The translations under genes were made by a program, and so were the position numbers. From positions 1 to 64,000 of the IMG/VR virus record IMGVR_UViG_3300044970_002549: a stretch of 64,000 nt of DNA. One strand, written 5' to 3'. The notes beneath the pieces are model-generated. The model was given only the letters and a program-made list of their open reading frames with translations. It was not told the DNA's origin and ran no database searches. Below, piece by piece: positions 52,092-63,700 of this stretch (the stretch's first letter is position 1; every line of letters starts with the position of its first letter). This stretch comes from a virus.

Positions 52092-52220
52092 TGTTTCCCT
52101 TCTGCCCTCTTACTGGGCAGAAGCTAGCATACCACATCTATCTCAGCCGTTCGATATGTGCTATGCAATGTAGAAGGAAGATCCATAGATTATCGGCGCT
52201 TACAAATATACCATTGCGGC

Positions 52221-52619
52221 ATGACCGGAGTATACGAGGCGTTTTTCAGTGCTTTGAGCGGGGATGCCACGCTGCAGACCCTGCTTGGCGGCACGTCCAC
52301 CGATAAGAAGGTTTACCCGGTCAATTTTACGGGCAAAAGCGGCCCCCCAGCCATTCGTGTAGCCGTTCTCGGTGGCGGCAGTGACGTAGGGCTCGGAATT
52401 GACCGTCCAATTGTGGATATTGTAATAGTTAGTAAAGTCAGCGCCGCAGAGATAAATACTATTGGCAACAGGGTAGATATAGTGCTTAATAGGAAGCGTC
52501 TTGCGGGGCCAGATGGGGCTGTGCTGCACTTGTCACACAAGATAACGCAAAGGGACTTTTTCGATGACCCGAGCTTGGAATACCGGCGTGTGATCCGGTA
52601 CAGCGTCATCAAAACATAA
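52221..52619 (+). CDS. Tail terminator protein
   Basis: ALSGDATLQTLLGG..KVYP; directly upstream of the tail tube genes. Confidence 0.7.
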   Translation: MTGVYEAFFSALSGDATLQTLLGGTSTDKKVYPVNFTGKSGPPAIRVAVLGGGSDVGLGIDRPIVDIVIVSKVSAAEINTIGNRVDIVLNRKRLAGPDGAVLHLSHKITQRDFFDDPSLEYRRVIRYSVIKT

Positions 52620-52631
52620 GGGAGAAAAGCA

Positions 52632-53294
52632 ATGCTTACACTTGGATCTGGTGTAGTCAAGGTGGCGTTCTGGAAGTCTGGAGCCGTCATCGGGCAAACC
52701 TCAAACTATTTTGCTAGCACCTCAGGCTACGGCAACACGGGCCAGCTCGTGACCGTTGGCGAGGTTGGTGGCGACGTCGAGTTCGACATTAACTTCCAGG
52801 AGCGAGAGTTCTACGGCCAGTCGAACTTCCCAATCGCTAAGGCGTTCTTCGGCGGTCGCGCCGACATCCGCGCCCGCGGTGTGGAAATCAACTGGGACAA
52901 CGTTAAGAACCTGTTCCACGTATCGCTCGGTGAGGGCACCACGCTTGATTCGACGGCGTATGCCTATGCACACGACGACTTTACTGGCGGATCGTACTCC
53001 GTAAACTTCGACCCAGATGGCGGTCGCCCAAACACCGGCATCAGCAACGTCACGGCTCTCATGGGCCTTCCACGACCGCTGTATGTCAAGTTTGAGCACA
53101 TCCGCTCGGACGACCCGTCGAAGTCGGTCATTATCCATTTGCCAAAGGCGTACAGCATGCAGCTCATGATGCCATTCACCCGTGAAGACATTGCCCGACA
53201 GGACATTGACTTCTCGGCTGTTGTGGACCGCGACTGCAAGGTCACGTCAGGCTCTTCGAGCGCGACCCCATCGGTCGTTCTCATCGAGGCGTAA
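52632..53294 (+). CDS. Major tail tube protein 1
   Basis: Position between terminator and chaperones; strong codon bias; paralog of the next gene. Confidence 0.75.
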   Translation: MLTLGSGVVKVAFWKSGAVIGQTSNYFASTSGYGNTGQLVTVGEVGGDVEFDINFQEREFYGQSNFPIAKAFFGGRADIRARGVEINWDNVKNLFHVSLGEGTTLDSTAYAYAHDDFTGGSYSVNFDPDGGRPNTGISNVTALMGLPRPLYVKFEHIRSDDPSKSVIIHLPKAYSMQLMMPFTREDIARQDIDFSAVVDRDCKVTSGSSSATPSVVLIEA

Positions 53295-53315
53295 TAGAAA
53301 GAGGGGGTCACAAAC

Positions 53316-54179
53316 ATGTTTACACTAGGTAGCGGTCGACTTCAAGTCGGCACCTGGATTTCTGGCGGTCTTTATACTCAGGTCACGGGCGTGTCTGTGA
53401 CCCCCTCAACTGCCTCGGGCACCCTCCTGGCCGGCACGTACTATGTACGTGTCGCCGGGAAGAACTCTGCTGGCGTTGCCACGCCATCTGAAACGTACAT
53501 TACTGTACTATCAGCAACCGGCAAACTCACAGTCAACTGGAGCGCTCTTACCGGCGCGACCGATGGCTACGATATTTACGTTGGAACTGTAAATGGCTAC
53601 GACTGGAAGCAGGGCGCTGTCGCTTCTGGGACCACCACTTTCGAAGTGACGTCCCTTACCGACCCTGCCGGAGCGGATCTTGCCCAATACAAGGGTATGC
53701 AGGATATTGGCGAAATTGGCGGCGATGTCGAGTTTGACATCAGCTATCAGGAGCGCGAATTCTATGGCCAGTACAACTTCCCAATTGCAAAGGCCCACTT
53801 CGGCGGCACGTCGAATATCCGCGTCCGAGGTCTCGAGCTTGATCCAATGCGCTTCTCCAGGCTCTTTAGCACTACTGTGACGAATAATGCAAGCACCTCA
53901 ATCTATCCTGGAACCCTCCAGTTCCGCGAGAGCCTCAACTTCGGAACTGCGGCTGTAAACCCGCTTGACCTGTCGATGCTTCGCAACCGACCGGTGCGAT
54001 GCACCTTTGCGCACACGCGATCTGACGACCCTTCAAAGTCTGTCAATATCGTTGCGCATAAGGCCTGCATTTACCAGCACAATATTCCGTTTACACGTGA
54101 GGACATCATCAAGGTTGATATGGAGTTCAACCTGCAGTATGATTCCAGCACGGCGCAGATCGTGACAATCACGGCCTAA
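53316..54179 (+). CDS. Tail tube protein 2 with Ig/FN3-like insertion
   Basis: Shares GE.GGDVEFDI..QEREFYGQ.NFPIAKA.FGG, RSDDPSKSV and PFTREDI with tube 1; insert GTYYVRVAG...VNWSAL.GA.DGYDIYVG. Confidence 0.75.
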   Translation: MFTLGSGRLQVGTWISGGLYTQVTGVSVTPSTASGTLLAGTYYVRVAGKNSAGVATPSETYITVLSATGKLTVNWSALTGATDGYDIYVGTVNGYDWKQGAVASGTTTFEVTSLTDPAGADLAQYKGMQDIGEIGGDVEFDISYQEREFYGQYNFPIAKAHFGGTSNIRVRGLELDPMRFSRLFSTTVTNNASTSIYPGTLQFRESLNFGTAAVNPLDLSMLRNRPVRCTFAHTRSDDPSKSVNIVAHKACIYQHNIPFTREDIIKVDMEFNLQYDSSTAQIVTITA

Positions 54180-54221
54180 TCGCCTAGCTGTAGCGGCCTT
54201 TAGTGGCCAGGAGTAGTTCAC

Positions 54222-54515
54222 ATGGCTAGCCTTAATGAAGTGCGCCCAACGCGCGTGCTTACCCTTAATGACCTCGCTGACATCGAGGATAAGTTCGGAG
54301 GTCTTGACAAAGTTGACCTTACGAAGTTCACTGTACTTCGCTACATCTTGTGGCTCGTTCTTAAGAAGGACGACGTGAAGCTTGATGAGCGAACTGTTGG
54401 TGACCAGTTTTCGCTGGACACCATGCGGGAAGAGATCGACAAGGTACTTCGCTCTAGCGGTTTGATCGGGGCTGCCGATGAAGAAGGCGCTTCGGGAAAA
54501 GCAGCGGGGGCGTAA
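54222..54515 (+). CDS. Tail assembly chaperone (gpG-like)
   Basis: LTLNDLADIEDKFG; slippery G GGA AAA near the 3' end. Confidence 0.8.
   Translation: MASLNEVRPTRVLTLNDLADIEDKFGGLDKVDLTKFTVLRYILWLVLKKDDVKLDERTVGDQFSLDTMREEIDKVLRSSGLIGAADEEGASGKAAGA
54494..54500 (+). other. Programmed -1 ribosomal frameshift site GGGAAAA
   Basis: X XXY YYZ in the correct phase; the -1 frame is open and continuous with 54545..54778. Confidence 0.85.
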
Positions 54516-54778
54516 GCTGGGGAGAGATTGATTGGGGTTCAATCATGGCATCGTATGCAGATGCCTTTGGTTACACTCCAACGGAGTTCATGCAACTGAC
54601 GCTCCCACAGCTTAACGCATACGCAAAGTACGTTGAGAAGCGAGACGAGCAAATGAAGAGCGAATCAAAGTCAACCCCCGCAAAGAACAAGGCAAAGTTT
54701 GCTGAAGGCAAGTCAGGGATGAAAACAATTCAGTCCCTTGATCACCTGGCCCAAGTGTTTGGAAAACCAGGAGCATAA
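54497..54778 (+). CDS. Tail assembly chaperone gpGT C-terminal part (-1 frame)
   Basis: KSSGGVSWGEIDWGSIMASYADAFGYTPTEFMQLTLPQL. Confidence 0.78.
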   Translation, partial: KSSGGVSWGEIDWGSIMASYADAFGYTPTEFMQLTLPQLNAYAKYVEKRDEQMKSESKSTPAKNKAKFAEGKSGMKTIQSLDHLAQVFGKPGA

Positions 54779-54793
54779 GTAGGGGGAACGCAA

Positions 54794-57700
54794 GTGGCGG
54801 AAGAAAATGTCGCAAGAGTTGGCATAGCTCTTGATTCTGCCGCATTCCAGGACGGGGTATCCCGCGCCCTTCGTGACATCGATCGACTCCTCAGCGGACT
54901 CAAGACACTACAGAACGCCAACAGGCAACTCTCCCTTGCTTCTGGAGGCGGACTCTTCGGCACCGGTTCTAGGTCCCCCGTTGCCAACTTTGCCCGAGAC
55001 ATAAATCGGACAGCGATACCGGCCCTGCGCGATATGGAACGCAATGCGCTCCGTGTTGGCGGGGCCGTTCGCCGTTCCATGACAGAAATGTCCAGAATGG
55101 CATCTGTAGCAGAGCAGGCGCAAGTTCGGCAAGAGCGAGCGATCCTTGCCGGGGAGCGTCGAGCAATGAGTTCCCGCCGAGGTCGCGGCGGCAGATATCG
55201 GGACGAAGGGCTTTTTGGTGCAGTCCCTGCAGATCCTCGAGTTGGATCATTCGAAGACCCGCGCAGCCCGTCAGGAAAGATTGCCGCAAGATACGTCCTG
55301 CGCACCCTAGAAGAACTCATTACATCAGAGGCAGAAAGCTACCCGCGCATCATGCAACCTCGCCCCAGGGGTGGAGCTGGTCGGCAGGCAAGCGTTGGCT
55401 CAGAGCAAACTGTTTCTAGCGTCGCAAGCAAGTTTGCCCCGGGTCGAATCTTTAACACGTCAACAAACCTAGAAGAGGGACTCCCAGTTACCATCGTTGG
55501 TCCTGGCGGGGAAAAGTTTGTTTTGTCAGGGAATGGTCGCGTCATGGGCATGCGTCGCCTCTCTCAACAGCAGCAAGGACGAGTTCCAATTGTTTCTGCA
55601 GTAGAGACATTTGTTGCTGGAAACCCGTCCCTGTTCGGCGGCGCTGAGGGCGTAGAGGAAACGCTTCGACAGGTTGCAAAAATTGCCAAAGCCAAGCAAA
55701 CGCCGATACTTACTCGTGAGCTCACACAAACCATCGAGCAGATTGGCGCGCGAGAAGCCGGGAAACTTGGGCTTGGGCTAAACACTCGCACAGCGATGTC
55801 AGAAGCCGAGATGGCAATGGCCGTATCAAAGCTTTTGCAGCGCCCACCGACTGGCCTTGCAAAGGGAACGCCAGGAAAAGTGCTGTCAGGTGGTGGAGAA
55901 CCTGTTCGTGAGTTTATTAGCCAAGTACTGGAAGTTCTTCCACCGCAGGTAGTTAGGTCACGATATCAAACTAGTTCTGGTGAATCAAATAAGCAGTTCC
56001 AACAGCTCCTAGAGGGCGTTGCAATGTCGTCTGCGTACGGAAGCAACCCTGCGACAGAGGCAATGATCACTCGCCTTCTTGAAGGAGGTAAGACTGGCTT
56101 GCCTCCGGCTCTTTCTGGAGCGCTTCGGAAAAATCTCGGACCGCAACTAACTCTGCGTGGTCGAATCGCTTCCGGCGAAATCCCTGCAGAGATGGACCCA
56201 ATTTACAACAACCTCCCCCAGGCAATCGAGCTATTGACCCAGGCTCAAAAGTCATACGGTCCGCGGTTTATGGCCGAACAGATTGGAACGCAGCAAGGCA
56301 TGGAGCCCGCATCACCACAGGCTCTTAAGCTTGCTCAGGCCATGCGCAAGGCTGGAACAGCCGGCCTTCCAGCATTCTTTGAGTCTATTGCCCAGTATGG
56401 AAAGAGGGCAGTGTCTGCTACTGCGCCAACGCTAGGACTTGATCCCGGAGCATTTGTTGCTGACCCAGAGGCGGCAATTCGCATTGCATCCGAAGCGGCC
56501 TCCAAATTTGCATCACACAAGGGACCAAAGACAGAGGGCATCCTCTCGTCAATTGTCGAGGCTGCCATTCGAGAGTTTGCAACACCAGAAGTAATTCAGC
56601 CGGTTGCCAAAAAGGCGGCAAAAGGAGCAGCTGCACGAACCGTTGAAAAGGCAGTCGAAACAAAGGTTGAGCAGGTTGCCGAGGCAGTCGCTGAGGCGGT
56701 TACTGACCCAAGAGCCACTAGCATGCGACGACCAGAGTCTGAGCGCTTCTTCAAGGTAAATCCCCGAGCCATCGGCACAGCCGCAGGATCAGAAAGGGCC
56801 CGTTCAGGAGGATACGTCCCATACGGCGAGGCTTCCGAAGCACAGCGTGGCAAGTACAACATGACGCTTCTTGGAGGGTATGCAGAGCTAGAAAAGCAAT
56901 ACGAAGAGGCGCAAAAAGAAGCTGAATACATGAAGGAAAACTTTGCCACTAGGCCAGGGGCCACTCCACACGCTTCAGTCCAGAAAGCAGAAGCACTGCG
57001 AGCAAAGCTTACCGAGCTAAGAGGTGTCATGATTGAGCGCGGCCTTCATAAGCCAACTATGGCAGAGCAAATTGCAGAGCTATTCACCGGCCCTTCCTCA
57101 TCATCGTCTGGCCTGACCCCAACCAGAACCTCCGGAGGCGGGGGTGGCGGTGGAGGCGGGGGACGTCGACGAGGGCCTTCTGGCGGTGGCGGAGGCGGGG
57201 AGGAAGAGGAGAAGACCCCTAAGTGGATTCAGAGTTTCCAGGGGGCTCTAGCTGCATCCGGGCTTGACCCTCAAACTTTAAAGTACATGACCTCTGGGTT
57301 CAAGTTTGGCGCCACCCAGGCTGCCATTGAACCGGGTCTTTTTTCGCAGTCACGCGCATCTCTTGAGGCACTTCAGCAATTCGCTGCAGTCCGCCAGCTC
57401 AGCATGGTTCAGATGTCTCGTGGGCTTGTTGGTAGCGGAGCAAATGGTTTCTGGCAGCCACAAGAGGCTGGTGAACGTGGTGGCATTGCTCTTGGTGGAT
57501 TTGGTGCGAGGACTGCCGCCCCACTCCTAAGGACAATGATTCACGAAATAGCACACGGCACATTCGAGTCCCTGGTTGCCGGCGGGTACAAGCCTCAGAC
57601 GAAAGTAGAGATGTATGGGCCAAAGGGAGAAGCGCTTGGCCCGGTAAATGCGCGTCAAATGCTTGCGCCATTCAAAGAAACAACGGCCAGCGGACACGTC

Positions 57701-60700
57701 GATCCAGCATTCTATCGATCTCAGGCAATGATCAGCAAGGCTGGCGGCGCGTTACTTCCGCAGCTTGCATTTCACAGGATGGTCGAAGAGGTCATGCCGC
57801 AGGGACATCTTACCGAGGGAATTGGGTTGGGCAAATTCTCGCAGCTGCTCACCCCGCACCTTAAAGAGTTTGCATCTCCCGAGCAGTCAACAGCAGCAGA
57901 AGAGTTTGTCAAGTTCTCCGCACGCATCATGGAAGCGACAAACAACTTTACTCAGGGCGGTATCGGAAAGGGTGGCGCGCTTAGCGTTCTCTCGGAAGGC
58001 CTGCAGCAGCTTGGCGCATCAAGCAAGGCGTTCCCTTCAACATTCTTCCTTGAGGCTGCATCTGTTGTAGGAAATACCCTAAAGAACCTCGAGGCCGGAG
58101 ACCCGGATAACCTGACCAAGGTTGCAAAGTCGCTCATGAATGCTGCAGCCCTTACCATTGGCGAGGGGGAATTCAGGCCTGGCGTAGCAGTTGCGTCAAA
58201 TGCAGCAAAAGAAGTCGCAAACTACCTTGCTTCAGCAAGCATTGAAGAGAAGGCGGCAATTGCGCTTGGGGCAAACCCGAAACTTCTTGGAGACACTTCA
58301 TTTAACCCTGGCAACGAAGGGCATGTCCAGAAGGTTAACGAGGCAATTGCAAACATTTCTCGTGTCGCATCTGAAACATCACGCGGCGTTGCCGTAGCCC
58401 GATTCGTTGGCGGACAGAGAGTCGAGACCCCATACGCTGCGGCCGCAGGACTTCTCGGTCCGGCTGCGCCTGGAACGCTTGCCGCACAAACGTCTCCACT
58501 CCAGTTCCCAGGAGGAAGCCTTGCGCAAAGAATGGCTTACTACGGGTCTCAATCAACAGGCCAGCGCGGCATGGAAAGTGCAATCCCTGGAGCGTATCTG
58601 CGTGCCAAGGAAGGACAATTTATTGGAATGGGGCCAGCCTACCAGCAGGCATATGCTTCCGCCCGAAATCGCCAAGAGCTAGAAGCGGGCATCAAATCAT
58701 CTGCTAAAAGCGAATACGTTCAATCTGCCAACGCGGCCATGCGGTATGCCGAGGTGCAAAGCCGACTAAACCTGATTGTCCAAAATGGCAATGTCAACTT
58801 CTCGCAGCTTTCCAGAGTCCTAACAGACGCAGGCACTGGATTCACCGTCTCCGCAGCAAATGCGCTCAAGTTTGCTGCCGCCATTGCTGTTGGCCAGCAA
58901 ATTACCGGCTCGATTGTTGGCGTATTTGAACATCTTAAGGGTGGCATCCTTGGATTCAACGCAATGCTTGAGTCTGCGAGCGTCGGCTTTACAACGTTGT
59001 TCAAGAATGCGGGACGGTCCGTACGAGACGCTGAGTCAGAAACAGCGAAAACAATCACCACGCTTCGAGAATTTGCCAACGTTACCAACTTCCGATTCGG
59101 AGACCTGGAGACTGCCGCCCTGCGAATGCAAGCGTTCGGATTTGAGGTCGACACCGCAAGGGCGGCGCTTAAAAAGCAAATGCCAGTTCTCTATGAGGTA
59201 AATAACGTTCTCGAGAGAAACGCAACTGGCCTCAAGACCTTCCGTGGGGCACTTGTAAACATCGGAGATGCGGTAGCGGCACTTGGCGGAGAAGACGACA
59301 AGCTTCGAAGAATTACGTACGCACTCGGGCAAATGAACTCTGCTGGTCGCGTATACCAGAACGACATGATGCAGCTGGCAAACGCCGGTATCGCTGGATA
59401 CGACATTCTCGCCAAGGCTCTTTTGCAAGAGATTTCCGCAAGCCCAGAACTAAAGAAGGCCAACGCCGCAATCTACAACAAGCTGATGAATCCAGAGACT
59501 GCGGTTGAAGAGGTCCGAAGACTCGCCAAGAGCGGACGACTGTTTGGACCAGGAGCTGTTCAAGCAATCCTGAAGGGCCTCGAGGAGAGGTACGGCGGGG
59601 GAATGAAAGCGTTCTCAAGAACATTCCAGGGAGCGATGACGACAGTTGCCGACACCTCCCAGTCGCTTGTAGCAACTGCCTTCAACCCACTGTTCTCCGT
59701 TGTCCGCGACCTTACGATTCAGCTTGCTGACTTCCTGCAGCAGCCAGAAGCTGAGGCCGGGGCAAAGAATCTTGCAAAGGCAGTTCTTAGCGTTTCTAAT
59801 GCAATTAGGACAGGGCTCCCATCTGCACTCTCGACCGCAGATAAGATTCTATCGTCTATTACTGGGACATTTGGCAGTCTTGCAGGAAGCGCTGCTGAGG
59901 GGACAAGCAGCCTTGGCGGGTTTGTTAGAAACACCATTAAGGGTCTTTCAACTTTCGGTGATGTTCTAGAAAACTCAGTCATTCGCAAATTTGGATCAGC
60001 TCTTGTTGTGGCCAAGCTTTTGTTTGGATTTATTGCCGCAAACCCCCTTCTTGCAACGCTGACAGCCGGGACTGCCGGAATCGGGTTCCTTGCCACAGCA
60101 ATCCAAGAAAATCAGTTTGGGCTTGGAACTGCATTCCAAAAGATAGCTGTCCCGCTTGAGCAGACCCTTGAAAACCTTGGCAACAATATTATGCCAAGCC
60201 TTTCTAATACGCTTACAGCTGCCGCAGGAGTAATTGGCGCAACCATCGCATCCATCATGACGGCAATCTCCCCGTTGCTAGAAATTATTTTGAATGTATT
60301 GAATATTGTAACTTCTGCCGTAAAGCCATTCTCTTCGGTCCTTGGAGTTGCTCTTGCGCTATTTATTGGAAAGAAAGTACTAATAGACGGAGTGGCGTCA
60401 GCAATGGCCAGATTTGCAATGTTCACCGAGAAAGCTGCTGGATCCGTCGACAACATGAAAATGAAGTGGTTTGCCGGTCGGGAACTTCAGGCATTTGAGC
60501 GATTCGGAAACACGACAATGGGCGCTCAGATGGTTGCCCCTCAATACAACAAGCAGGGTGAGCTGACCCAGGCTGGAAAGGTCCAATTCGGTCAATTTGG
60601 TGGGGCCGGAATGGGATACAGCAGTCCACTTCTTTACAAGATTTTCATGGCCCAGATGAAGGAAATGGCTGGCGCGCAAGGATTTGAGTTCCAAAATCTT

Positions 60701-63700
60701 GCCGGCGATCCAACTGGCGCAGAGAAGTTGACGCTGGAGACCACGCCGATTGCCAAGGAGCAGGCTCTTTCGGCGCTTTCATGGCTTAAGGGGCTAAAAA
60801 CCAGCGATCCAGAAAAGTATAAAGAAACACTTGCAGCCGCTACGCCTTCAGAGCGACTTCAGCTTGAGGAGGCAATGAATGCCGGGCTTAGAACTGTTGT
60901 TTCTGGGCTTCGTGCGTTTAAGGCAGAGCTGGACAAACTTCCAACGGTTATGCAGAAGCTTGGCTATATTGGCCAAATTGCTTTTGACAAGATCGGCACA
61001 CTTGCGGGAGCGGCTACTGGTCTTGGCCTGACGCTATCGACTCTTGGCGGTCTGATGAATAATGAGGCCCTTGTGGGCTTTGGATCAACTCTCGCCACGG
61101 TGGGAATTGCAACATCTGGTCTTGTGATGACATTTACTCAGCTTAAGCAGGCCCTTGGGCCGTATGGCTTCGCCGGTGCAATTGGCGGCGCCATTTCGGC
61201 CCTCGGTCTCCTTGCAGCCGCTGCATACGAAGATCATAAAACCAAGCAGGACGATGCAAAGTCAGCCCTAAGCGATCTCGGGTCGCTCCAGTCAATCATT
61301 GGGCCAGATGCACTGCAGGCCGAATACGGAAATTTGATTGAAGGGCTATCCCGCTCATATGAGCTTGGGTTCGACCTGACGGACGAGCAAAAGGCATCTC
61401 TTGCCGCCGCGAGGGAAAGACTTGAGGTCCTTAGGGCCCAGATCCGCGAAGACAGAATGGAAAACTACACTGGCAAGGGGTCTGCCAGGTACACAATGGA
61501 GAAAAATAAAGAGACAATCAGGAACTACGCAATCCGAGGATACACGCCGGAGCAGATCGCTGAATTTACCGGATTGAATCTTGACTATGTAAAAAACCTG
61601 TTCGAGAACATGGTTCAGGACGGCAGCGAAGCTGGGCAGGAATACATCAAGATTCTTACGCAGCAACTTGACGCAACGGGGGAGGCGCTGCAGAAAGCCA
61701 AGGACATTCTTGAAAAGGCCACAGAGGCATTCGAGCGTCCGCTCAACCGCCTTATGTCCAGGGTGCAGACGCTTATTTCTGAGCTATTTGCCGACGAGAA
61801 GGAAAAGCTTCAGGAGGAGAGCAGAACTGCGCTTGGAAATATTGAGGTTCTTTACAACGGGGAAATGATTCGGCTTGGGGTTCTTGAGGAGCAGCACAGG
61901 ATTCTCACTGAGCAGCGCCAAGAGATGGAGGAGATGCAGCGACTGGAGGACCTTAGAACCAAGGCATCTGAGGCCGCCCTTGAGATGTTCGATGCTGGCA
62001 CTGACCCGCTTGAACGCGCCAGGGCAGCCAGGGACGCAGCAAGAGACCTGTTTTCTGAGTCCGAACAGATTCGCCTTGACCAGATGGGCAAAACTATTGA
62101 AGAGGCAAAAACTAGCGTGCCGTATATGGCCACATCTGAGGACTATGACCTTCGCATCAAGGCGCTTGAGGTTGATCAGCAGGAGCGACAGCGCGTTTTG
62201 ACCGAGACAATCGACGACCTAATGCGCAAAGTTAAGAACGGAAAGCTTAGCGCCGAAGAGGCCAAGAAGATGCTGCAAGATGCGTTTGCGGACACCGGCC
62301 TTGACCTTGCAGTTGCTTCCGCGCAAGGATACGACTTCATGGAGCACTTCTCATCTGGGTTCATGGATGCGCTTCAGAAGAACATTGATTTGACATTTAA
62401 GCGCCTCCCTGCGCTTATCTCAGCCGCCGTCAGGGCACTCCGTGAGGATGCTGCATATAAGAAGGCCCAGGCCGAGCTTTCTGAAATCCTTAACCCAACA
62501 CCTCTCGACAAAAATATTTCAGGTGCCGAGATGGCTGCGGAGCAAAAAAGATTAATCGAGCGAGCAAAGAGAACGCTTCAGGCGTTGCAGCTTGCTGAAA
62601 ACGTCCCAGGACAAACCGCAGAACAAAAAAAGGCACTCACTGGACAGATGTCATCAATTGCAATGTATATCAGAAAATTGGAGAAAAATCCATTTGCGGC
62701 AAACCTTAATTACTCGGAATCTGAAAAAACACTGCTCACCGAAAACTTTGGAAATCAGACCAACGCCGCGCTAGGCAAGCTTTTTGCCCTGTTTGGATAC
62801 GACACAGTTCTGCAGTGGGTGTTTGGTGGGGTCCCAATGGCATCTCGCCCCGGGAACATTAACCCCAGGGCATCTGGGGGCCCAGTTGGTGCCGGAACCT
62901 ACATGGTCGGAGAGCGCGGACCAGAGATGCTTCAGATGTTCCCGAATGGCGGCGGCTATGTTGTGCCTAACCACAAGCTCCCCTCACACATGCGATCTTC
63001 TGCTGCTGCCCTTGGCGGTGGAGTTATGGGCCGTGCGTGGGGTGGCGGCGTAGGCATCACCAACCCAGAAGTCCCAGTCGGCCGAAGCACCCTGCAAACA
63101 CCTCTAACTGACATCGCCAACATCGTTGGCGGAAATGTGCAAAGAATCCGCCCTGCAGCATTCACAAGAACAGTCACCTATGATTTCCCATGGGGCAAAA
63201 TTGTCATTGACCGATCTATTCATGATGATGTAGTTAGCCGGTTTCCGATCTCAAAGATGCAGGAATATGCTGAATTTGCAATGTCCTCTGGGCGACCAGG
63301 GACTTTCAGCGAAAAGAATCCTTTTGAGCTTCACCTTACCCCAAGAGTTACTGACAGGGAGGCTGTTGCATTTGCCCAGTCTGATCTTGTTGGCGTTGAG
63401 TGGCACGGGAAAACCGGGCTCAATTTCCCTGACGACGAATCGTTTAGGCAATTGCTTACTCACGAAATCGGGCACTCGGTCATGGAGCGCAGCGCTCCGC
63501 GTGGCCTTCATCCAATTTTCAGGCCGATGCAAGGCATTGTCCCGCCAATGTACAAGAAGATTTTTGGCCTTATGGCCGGTCGAACACAAGGAAATATTGC
63601 TCGCGGCATGGGCCTCAGCGGATGGGACGATAACGCGATAAGTTCAAGCGGATATGGTCAGGAAAGCTGGGCAGAGAGCTACGCAGAGCACTATACAAAT

